Assembly: GCA_028864975.1 (NCBI GenBank)
Contig: JAGWLG010000004.1
Coordinates: 1 to 64,000 of the forward strand
DNA: 64,000 bases
Source: Thermoplasmata archaeon
Lineage (GTDB): Archaea > Thermoplasmatota > Thermoplasmata > Lutacidiplasmatales > UBA184
Reading direction: 5' to 3'
Made by a program: the position numbers and the translations under genes. The notes below the pieces were generated by a model, which was given only the letters and a program-made list of their open reading frames with translations, ran no database searches and was not told the DNA's origin. Of this stretch, positions 56,917 through 64,000 are shown piece after piece; the stretch's first letter is position 1; each line of letters begins with the position of its first letter.

Positions 56917-58551
56917 CTAACTCTCGATGGACTCGCGGGCCAGGTCGGGTCGAAGGTTCTCCCCCCTTGACCCGCGGGTCGACCGTTGAGGCTTCCGACG
57001 ACCCACGGCTCGGGGGCGGGAGACTCGCCGCCTCGCGATCACGAGGAAGCTGGTGCCGGTCAAGATGGAGACTGCCGCGAGGACCAGAGCCACCTCGTTG
57101 AAGAAGGTCCCAAGGTACCACGGCAGTGGGGGGGGTGGGTAGGCGATCAGCAGGGTGGCCGGGGGTGGGCTGCTGGAAGAGCACGCGCTCGAGCATCCTC
57201 CGACCGCCGCGGCGAAGACGACCCACGTCGGTCCCCCGATGGCGCCCTTCAAGTCCGAGAGCGAGGAGCCGTAGGGGGAACTCCCTCCAAGCCTGAGCGG
57301 CGTGCGCGTGGGGGGCCCTGCGGTGGTGGCGCCGGGGGGCACGACCCAACGTAGGATACCACCCCCCTGAGGGACGACCTCGATCGCGGTGAGGCCGCCT
57401 CCCGCCTCGCTGCCCACCGCGCTAGCCGTGGGGTTCAGGCTGGGCTGGGGCGATGAGGGGAGGTCGGGGAGGGCCACCGGACCCTGGATCGCGGACCCCG
57501 GGAGTCCGTAGACCGCACCCCACATGGAGAGGTAGGCCCCGACCTCCGGAGAGGTGAGGAGGGCGGGCGTTCCCGAGAGGTTCACGGGCTGACCTGGAAC
57601 GAAGGTTCCCGGTGCACCGTTCGTTCCGGGATCGTAGGAGTACGGGACCGCCCAGTACCAGGATTGGACCGGATAGCAGCTCTCGACGCCCGGATTCCAA
57701 AGGGCGACGAGCCCGATCGAGGAGCCGCTCGCGAAGACCGAGGCGGAGGTGCTCGCCCAAGGAGGGTAGGGGCAGTTGCGAGCGAACGACGGGGTTACGT
57801 TCTGGGAAGGGGACCAGGTCGTTCCTCCGTCCGCCGAGATGGTCACATTGTCCGAGGTCATCCCGTAGGAGGTGCCGAAGTAGGGCCCTCCCTCGTAGTT
57901 GAACGCGACGGCTTCGAGGGACCCCTGGACCGCGACCGAGAGGCTCGAGAAAGGTGAGGCATTCTGGGCGAGGAGGCGAGGGAGACCCCAAGTCTGTCCT
58001 TCGTCCGCGCTCGACCATGCCTCCACCCGGTAGGGAGCATGGGCCGGGGCCGCACCGATGCTCGTGCTTTGGTACAACGGCACGGGCGACGTTTGTAATG
58101 TTGCCATGGCGAGAAGAAGCTGTGCCCCGTCCGCAGCTAAGGACAGGTCCCCCCACCTCCAGGGGTAGGGAGAGTCCGAACCCGGGATGGTGGGATGGGC
58201 CGGAAGCTCCGACCAATGCCCCCCCCTGTCGAGGCTCCGATACAGGCTGACGTTCGACCAGGCTTGACCCGTCGCCTTGACGGGAAGCAACGCCGCGAAC
58301 ACCGCGGACGTGGTATCGGCGAAGACCACTTCTTCGGAGGGGGGAAGAACGGTGGAAACGACGCTCGGCGCGAACGCGTTGTTCACGAGCTGGTACCCCG
58401 CATCGGCCGCGAGGGCGACCCCGACGGCCAGAAGCACCACGCCCGCGACACGCAGCCCCCTGACCTGCTCTCCACGATGCGTCAGGGGTGGGACGACGAC
58501 AGGAGCATCGTCCGGTCCTCCGAAGGAGGGTGGGTCGGCCGCGGAGCTCAC
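56917..58551 (-). CDS. Membrane-anchored Asp-box (BNR) beta-propeller-like protein
   Basis: SLDRGGHW, SADEGQTW, SADGGTTW; N- and C-terminal TM segments. Confidence 0.78.
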   Translation of the reverse strand: MSSAADPPSFGGPDDAPVVVPPLTHRGEQVRGLRVAGVVLLAVGVALAADAGYQLVNNAFAPSVVSTVLPPSEEVVFADTTSAVFAALLPVKATGQAWSNVSLYRSLDRGGHWSELPAHPTIPGSDSPYPWRWGDLSLAADGAQLLLAMATLQTSPVPLYQSTSIGAAPAHAPYRVEAWSSADEGQTWGLPRLLAQNASPFSSLSVAVQGSLEAVAFNYEGGPYFGTSYGMTSDNVTISADGGTTWSPSQNVTPSFARNCPYPPWASTSASVFASGSSIGLVALWNPGVESCYPVQSWYWAVPYSYDPGTNGAPGTFVPGQPVNLSGTPALLTSPEVGAYLSMWGAVYGLPGSAIQGPVALPDLPSSPQPSLNPTASAVGSEAGGGLTAIEVVPQGGGILRWVVPPGATTAGPPTRTPLRLGGSSPYGSSLSDLKGAIGGPTWVVFAAAVGGCSSACSSSSPPPATLLIAYPPPPLPWYLGTFFNEVALVLAAVSILTGTSFLVIARRRVSRPRAVGRRKPQRSTRGSRGENLRPDLARESIES

Positions 58552-58625
58552 ATCCCACGATGCTCATCACCGCCCTATCTACCTTGCAAACTACCTTCCG
58601 CTCCGGGTAGTGGACCTCTTCCTGT

Positions 58626-58872
58626 GGGACCCCCCCGAGGAAGGCGCGGTGATTCCGTGGCCCGGTGCGCACGGGGTGAAAGCCCTGGGTCTCACCCTCA
58701 ACCCGCGAAGCGGAACGTCGCCGAGTCCACCGGATGACGAAGGCCGGGCTAGAACGGGGATGGTGAGGAAAGAGGGCACGCTCGAACCGGCAACGGAGGT
58801 CGCGCTTCCCAGGGAGGACTGGTCAAGACACGGGCTTCTCAACCCTCGAGCCGGGTTCGACCTGGGGGTCCC
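58626..58872 (+). ncRNA. Structured ncRNA candidate, possibly SRP (7S) RNA
   Basis: Terminal 9-bp stem GGGACCCCC/GGGGGTCCC; GNRA hairpins at 58674-58685 and 58787-58796; long rod pairing. Canonical SRP helix-8 CAGG/AGCA loop not found. Confidence 0.45.
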
Positions 58873-59032
58873 CCCGTGCCTTTCCGCCCCCAAGGGGCCG
58901 GCCCTCACAGCAACCCCGAGCCGTCAGCGATAGGGAGATCCTCGCCCTCCCGGGCCCGACGCCGAGACCTTCGGCAGACGTTAAGTCGCCCTGGGAGGTG
59001 AAGGCCCAGTACCATCCTCCGGGGAGCGCCTC

Positions 59033-60481
59033 TTGACCATAGATCTCAGCTACGTGATGGACGTCATTCTGCCGTACGTCATCGTGCCCCTGGTGGCGTA
59101 CATCGCCGTGCTCTTCGTGCTCGACCGGAAGGGGTGGCTGGGGAAGGACAAGCCCCTCGCCCTTCTCGGGCCGATCCTGATGGTCAAGACGCTCCACGGG
59201 CGCAAGCTCCTGGAGCGGCTATCGCGCTATCGCAGGTCCTGGAACCTATTCGGCGACTTGGGCATCGTCCTCGCGTTCGTCGGCATGGTCGTCATGTTCG
59301 CCTTCCTCCTGTGGGGGGCGTACCGGTCCTCGGTCCCGTCGACCGCCGTCAAGGCCCCGCTCAATGAGGTGGTCACGATCCCCGGCCTCAATCCCCTCTT
59401 GCCGATAGGCTACGGTCTCCTCGCCCTCGTCGTCGCCGTGGTGCTCCACGAGTTCTGTCACGGGATTCTCGCGCGAGCGAACGACATCCGCGTGAAGAGC
59501 CTGGGCGTGCTGTTCCTGGTGATCCCGCTCGGAGCCTTCGTCGAACAGGACGACGAGGACATGATGAAGGTCCCCGCGCGCAAGCGCGACCGGGTCGCTG
59601 CCGCCGGGGTGATGGCGAACTTTGTGCTCGCGTTCCTCTTCTTCGTCCTCATGGCGGGTCTCGTCGCCTCTTCCGTCCATGTGAAGACCTCCGGCATCGC
59701 CGTGCTGGGCGTCGTCTCGGAGAGCCCGGTGTCGAACGCCTCAGCGGCCCTGGGACCGGAGGGCCTTGCGCCGGGTGACTTCTTGACAGAGCTCAACGGG
59801 AGCGCGACCCCTGACTACCGCCACTTCCAGCTGGCCCTTTGGGAGACCCATCCGGGGGAGACCGTCAGCGTCCAGTGGTACTCGGAGTCCCGGGGGGGCC
59901 ATGTCTCGACGAACGTCACCCTCGGTGCCGCGGTCCACTGGTACGACGTGACGAAGTTGAACGCCTCCCAGATCCGCTCGCTGACGACGCTGTCGTTCCT
60001 CGGGTTCGAGCCCGCTTCCGTTCCCCCCTCCGTTCTCTTGGGCGTGCTCGCCAAGGGCCCGGCCGCGACGGGGACAGGAGCGTCGCTCAACACGAGCGAC
60101 GTCGTCGCCTCTTCCGCCCTCTTCCTCGCCCTGCCCATCACGAGCGAGATGCCCCTGCAGGGCGCGAGCGCCCAGTTCTACACCGTGGACGGTCCGCTCG
60201 GCGCCCTGGGGGCCGGGAACGTCTGGGTCGTGATCAACACGCTCTACTGGTTGGTCTGGGTCAACCTCCTCCTCGGTATCTTCAACGCGCTCCCCGCGGT
60301 GCCCCTCGACGGGGGCTTCCTCTTCCGCGACGTCGCGACGGGAGCGGTCCGCCGTCTCCGCCCCGCCTGGACCCAGGGGAAGACGGAGAAGGCCGTGAAC
60401 ATGCTGAGCATCTTTGCGACGCTCCTCGTCTTCTTCCTGATCCTCTGGGAGCTCGTCGCCCCGTACCTCCTCAACCCGTAG
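59033..60481 (+). CDS. Site-2 (M50) intramembrane metalloprotease with PDZ-like insert
   Basis: HEFCHG, GAFVE, AAG..AN, FNALP..PLDGG. Confidence 0.93.
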   Translation: MTIDLSYVMDVILPYVIVPLVAYIAVLFVLDRKGWLGKDKPLALLGPILMVKTLHGRKLLERLSRYRRSWNLFGDLGIVLAFVGMVVMFAFLLWGAYRSSVPSTAVKAPLNEVVTIPGLNPLLPIGYGLLALVVAVVLHEFCHGILARANDIRVKSLGVLFLVIPLGAFVEQDDEDMMKVPARKRDRVAAAGVMANFVLAFLFFVLMAGLVASSVHVKTSGIAVLGVVSESPVSNASAALGPEGLAPGDFLTELNGSATPDYRHFQLALWETHPGETVSVQWYSESRGGHVSTNVTLGAAVHWYDVTKLNASQIRSLTTLSFLGFEPASVPPSVLLGVLAKGPAATGTGASLNTSDVVASSALFLALPITSEMPLQGASAQFYTVDGPLGALGAGNVWVVINTLYWLVWVNLLLGIFNALPAVPLDGGFLFRDVATGAVRRLRPAWTQGKTEKAVNMLSIFATLLVFFLILWELVAPYLLNP

Positions 60482-60482
60482 C

Positions 60483-61718
60483 ATGACCGACGCGGCCCTC
60501 GTCGCCCGCTACCCCTTCCTCCCCGGAGCTTCCTCCGCGCTGGGAGATCTCCAACCCTCGCTGAGGGAGCTGGTCGAGGACCCCTCCTTCGAGCAGGTCC
60601 GCGCGCTCGCACGGGAGGAGGTCCTCCTGGCCCTCTCCTCCGCCCGCGAGGCTCCCGGGGAGGGCGTGGCGGGCTTCGACGCGGCCCGTCCCGAGGAGCG
60701 CGTCCTCGCCTTCCTCTATGCTCGGATGCTCGTGGCGGTGGCCCCCTCCTCGCAACGCGTCGCCCGGCGGTGGAGCGAGGGGCTCTCCCGCCGCGCCGGG
60801 GTCGAGATCGCGCGCAGGGAAGCTCCGAGCGAGGAGCTCCTCGCGCTGGGGGGAGCCCTCGACCTGGAGCTTGCACAGGACCCGAAGTTCCGGGGCTCCT
60901 TCGGCTTCGCCCTCCCCTCCTACGTGAGGCTCTCCTCTTCGTTGCGCGACGAGCGCTTCCGTCTCTCTCGCCAAAGGTTGCACCAGGGCACCGTGGACGT
61001 CGAGCACCGGGAGGTGGTCGAGCTGCTCCAGGAGGGCGTGCGTTCCTACTTGCTGGACGAGATGGCGATGCTCCGACTGGAGCCCGAGCTTCAGACCACG
61101 CTCAAGGCTCGGGAATCCGAGATCCTCACCCGCATCTCGACCCTCTCCCCGGCTCTGGGCCCGGGCGGGTTCGGGGTCGCGATGCGGCCCGACCTCTTCC
61201 CGCCCTGCATGCGGGAGATGCGAGCGACGATGGACCGCGGGGCGAACGTCTCGCACGCAGGTCGCTTCGCCCTGGCGAGCTTCATGCACAAGGTCGGGGC
61301 GGACCTGGACGCTATCGTCGAGGCCTACCACGGGTCTCCCAACTTCAAGGAGAGCATCACGCGCTACCAGGTCACGCAGATCGCGCACCACGACGGGGGA
61401 GAGGGGTACACGCCCCCCGATTGCGCGACGATGGCGGCGAACGGGCTGTGCGTCAAGGAGCTCGACGACGCCATGCCTCCGCTTTGCGCGGACCCGGGGA
61501 AGCTCAGGAATCCGTTGAACTACTACCGCATCCGAGTGCTGCCGCTCGCGCGCAAGAACGTTGGAGAGAAATCGGGTGAAGCCCCCGCGGCTACGGCGAC
61601 ACCGGAGGGCGCCCCCGCTCCTCCGAGCGCACCGACCGCCACGTCGTCCGGGCCCGCCAGTACGCCGTCGCCTGCCCCGCCAGAACGAACAACACCAGCA
61701 CCGCGTCCAGCGGCGTGA
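60483..61718 (+). CDS. priL: DNA primase large subunit
   Basis: ARYPFLP, FPPCM, H..RFALASF, F...ITRYQV.QI, YTPPDC......GLC, NPLNYY. Confidence 0.92.
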   Translation: MTDAALVARYPFLPGASSALGDLQPSLRELVEDPSFEQVRALAREEVLLALSSAREAPGEGVAGFDAARPEERVLAFLYARMLVAVAPSSQRVARRWSEGLSRRAGVEIARREAPSEELLALGGALDLELAQDPKFRGSFGFALPSYVRLSSSLRDERFRLSRQRLHQGTVDVEHREVVELLQEGVRSYLLDEMAMLRLEPELQTTLKARESEILTRISTLSPALGPGGFGVAMRPDLFPPCMREMRATMDRGANVSHAGRFALASFMHKVGADLDAIVEAYHGSPNFKESITRYQVTQIAHHDGGEGYTPPDCATMAANGLCVKELDDAMPPLCADPGKLRNPLNYYRIRVLPLARKNVGEKSGEAPAATATPEGAPAPPSAPTATSSGPASTPSPAPPERTTPAPRPAA

Positions 61719-62304
61719 GCACGACCCCGCCCAAGCTCTCGCGCGTCGGGAGCATGAGCCGTGCAGGGGCAAGGAGGTCCCAGACGATCATAGCCGAGAG
61801 GAACAGCGAGGCCCCGCTCACGATGACGATACGGTCGGCCCGTCCCAGGACCCCGCCGTACTGTCGCTTCCCGGTGACCGCCTGCGCCTGCGTCCCCATG
61901 TAGCTCACCAGGAGCAGGCTCACGAGGGCGAGCAACGCGAGCACGGGTTGGGCCCAGCCGCTCACCGCAATCCCGAGCAGCAGGGCCACGTCCGCGTACC
62001 GGTCGAGGACGTGGTCCAGCAGATCGCCAGCCTTCGAGGAGAGGCCCCGTCGTCGGGCCACGTGCCCATCTAGGGCATCGAACACTCCCCCGCCGAAGAC
62101 AAGGAAGGCCGCGGCGAGGAAGAGCAAAAGGCTCCACGGTGAGACGGGTGGGACGAATCGCGCCAGTGCGAGAGCGACCGATCCCAGCACGAAAAGTCCG
62201 AACGCGAGCCAGCTCAGGGCGTCGGGTGACCAGCTCGGAAGGGCCTCGGCCAGACGGTCCAGGTGGGGCAAGGCCCTAGAACGGTGTCGGTCGAGCATAT
62301 CCAC
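61591..62304 (-). CDS. CDP-alcohol phosphatidyltransferase (archaetidylinositol-phosphate synthase-like)
   Basis: SPDALS, FDALDGHVARRRG.SSK.GDLLDHVLDRYAD, SYMG, GR.DR. Confidence 0.9.
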   Translation of the reverse strand: MDMLDRHRSRALPHLDRLAEALPSWSPDALSWLAFGLFVLGSVALALARFVPPVSPWSLLLFLAAAFLVFGGGVFDALDGHVARRRGLSSKAGDLLDHVLDRYADVALLLGIAVSGWAQPVLALLALVSLLLVSYMGTQAQAVTGKRQYGGVLGRADRIVIVSGASLFLSAMIVWDLLAPARLMLPTRESLGGVVLTPLDAVLVLFVLAGQATAYWRARTTWRSVRSEERGRPPVSP

Positions 62305-62414
62305 AGTTACCGAAGGTAGGGCCCTACGGCCGACGGTGAGATCCTACCGGCCTCTCTATAGGTACTAGAGACCACCGTTTTTCCTCGCATCTTCGGGGGG
62401 GCGCTGGAGGGCGC

Positions 62415-63002
62415 TCAAGGGGGGACGCGCCTCCTCCGCCTTCTGGGTTTCGGCCGGGGGACCCCCATCTCGCCGCCCACGTCTTGGGCGAGCCAATCGA
62501 TCATGCCGTGGTGCGGTCGGACGTTCCCACGGAGCACCGACCTCGCCCAGCCGGCCACGCTCGAAGGTGTTCGGTCCGTGGTATCGATCTCCCAGATGCG
62601 ACGTCCGAGCGCGAGCGCTTCGAGCAGGATGACATCCACCATCTCGGCCTCGACGTTGCTCTGGAGCTGCTTCCCCTTCACGCCTCTTCGGAGCAACCGG
62701 CGTCGGAGGACGTCGGGACGGCAACGGAGCAGAAGGGCCCCGGAGACCGGAAGCAGGTGAGCGAGGTGACCGACCAGCAGAACCGGCTTTCCCCGGTCCC
62801 TCGCGATCTTCCGAACCCGTCGGGCTGCGAGCGCCATGTCGATGATCGCTGCGCCCGTTCTGTGGCGGCCTCGCCCCTCCGGAGCGAGGAGGTCTCGGAC
62901 CTCGATCACCCGCCACGGAGCTTGGGTTCCCCGCCGTGACAGCAGCGTTCCTAAGGTGCTCTTGCCGGTACCAGGTGTACCGGTCAACGCATAGATGCGC
63001 AC
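62415..63002 (-). CDS. Adenylate kinase 6 / Fap7-type kinase
   Basis: LTGTPGTGKST, VGHLAH, LLRCRPD.L.RRL..RG, N.EAE. Confidence 0.88.
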   Translation of the reverse strand: MRIYALTGTPGTGKSTLGTLLSRRGTQAPWRVIEVRDLLAPEGRGRHRTGAAIIDMALAARRVRKIARDRGKPVLLVGHLAHLLPVSGALLLRCRPDVLRRRLLRRGVKGKQLQSNVEAEMVDVILLEALALGRRIWEIDTTDRTPSSVAGWARSVLRGNVRPHHGMIDWLAQDVGGEMGVPRPKPRRRRRRVPP

Positions 63003-63088
63003 CGTCTCCAGGGAACTCCGATATCCCTCGCCACCAACCCGCGTTTCCGTCGGTGGTGGGCGATTTGGGGCGTGTTCGAGCGAACATA

Positions 63089-63097
63089 TTTATAGGG
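63089..63097 (+). promoter_or_regulatory. TATA box upstream of the thermopsin gene
   Basis: TTTATAGGG, the same core as at 1449 and 37707. Confidence 0.5.
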
Positions 63098-63153
63098 ACC
63101 CCCTTGATGGGCTCGCGCTTCCCGGTGGGCGGGGAGCTCCAAGGTGAACGACA

Positions 63154-64000
63154 ATGGGCAATACTGCGACCGCTGCCAAGAGCCGCTTGAACCTGACCGC
63201 TTGGGCCCGGAACGTCGCTCCGTTCCTGGCGATCTCCGTCATGATGTTGATGTTGGTCTCCGGACTCGGGCTGATCTCCGCGGTCAGTGGGGCCGTGCCC
63301 CTCGGACACGCCGGTATCCCGACCTCCCATGCCGCCGCCAAGTCCACTTCTTCGGCCGCGGCGCCCGCTAAGGCCTCGGGAAGTTCGTCGAACTTTGCCC
63401 CCAACATGGCCCAGCGCGCTGCCCTTGAGCAGAACTGGGCCGCGAGCTCGAAGGCCGCCCACGTGCCCAGCACGGCCTACCTGCCACCGGACCTACTCTC
63501 TAACCGGGTCACTGCCCACCCCGGTCAAGCACTCAGCGTCAACCCACCCAACGACACCTACCCCGTCGGGATTGGCGATGTTGGGGTCACGAGCCTCGGC
63601 TACCCGCCCCGCACCGCGAGCCTGTTCAACACGGCCAGCTGGGAAGGGACGATGACCATCAATTCCGGCAGCGCCTTCATGATCAACAACGACGGGCCGG
63701 ACTTCTTTGGTGCCCAGCTCAACACGGTGCTTGAGAACGTGACCGTCGGGGGAAGCGCCCAGAACAGCTTCTGGACGCAGGATGTCTTCGACTACTCGCC
63801 GGTCGCCGGCCTCATCATCACGGACAACATCTGGAACTTCTCCAGCGCTTCCGGAGCGGAGCCTGCAGGAACGTTCGAGACGGGCTACTACAACGGCACC
63901 CCGACGGGCTCGTACTACTACGACCAGACCTTCCCACCGGCCGCGAACGTCCCGGCGACCTACCCGTTCACGGTCGACATGTGGACGAACGCGAGCATCG
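63154..64000 (+). CDS. Thermopsin-family (A5) secreted protease, truncated by the window edge; absent from the ORF track
   Basis: Manual translation: signal peptide, PVGIGDVGV, AQLNTVL, FWTQDV, DNIWNFS. Confidence 0.85.
   Translation, partial: MGNTATAAKSRLNLTAWARNVAPFLAISVMMLMLVSGLGLISAVSGAVPLGHAGIPTSHAAAKSTSSAAAPAKASGSSSNFAPNMAQRAALEQNWAASSKAAHVPSTAYLPPDLLSNRVTAHPGQALSVNPPNDTYPVGIGDVGVTSLGYPPRTASLFNTASWEGTMTINSGSAFMINNDGPDFFGAQLNTVLENVTVGGSAQNSFWTQDVFDYSPVAGLIITDNIWNFSSASGAEPAGTFETGYYNGTPTGSYYYDQTFPPAANVPATYPFTVDMWTNASI

Noticed and set aside
58637-58812. RNase P RNA suggested by GAGGAAG
   Set aside because: Lacks the GAGGAANNUC and ACNNAANNNNGNNUA conserved regions in the correct order.
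58850-58865. tRNA suggested by GGTTCGA
   Set aside because: The loop is 5 nt and no acceptor, D or anticodon arms can be built.
61591-61718. Long convergent 3' overlaps (priL/CDP-transferase, also moaE/acyl-CoA ligase at 9143-9267)
   Set aside because: The overlaps encode only low-complexity tails, as expected from stop-codon scarcity in high-GC DNA.
1-64000. CRISPR array or cas genes associated with tnpB
   Set aside because: No regularly spaced direct repeats and no cas-like ORFs were seen.

Overview
High-GC archaeal chromosome segment, most consistent with a Thermoplasmata lineage (inferred from rps8e, srp19, GPN GTPase, polB, priL, rps12-rps7-EF2, rtcB, thermopsin and sedolisin-PKD surface proteins). 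Most of the window is housekeeping, metabolic and surface-protein genes. The strongest unusual signal is a 1550-bp element (28677-30226) whose only gene is an intact RNA-guided nuclease tnpB. Unlike IS200/IS605/IS607 elements, it is bounded by 22-bp imperfect terminal inverted repeats with IS66-like GTATG ends and a perfect 8-bp target-site duplication (GGGGTTTG). Removing it in silico restores the udg stop codon and a tight udg-polB gene pair. Other notable items: a voltage-sensor-CorA fusion; a STAND ATPase with a DUF835/KaiC-like domain nested between its Walker motifs; a transcarboxylase-like (12S/5S/1.3S + BirA) cluster with no biotin carboxylase; three MNT-HEPN pairs within 10 kb; tandem acidic-tail membrane paralogs; a lysine-less DapA-like protein; an amber-interrupted dienelactone hydrolase; and a structured ncRNA candidate. 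All calls come from reading the sequence and recognising motifs; no database searches were run. No CRISPR array, rRNA or convincing tRNA was seen.
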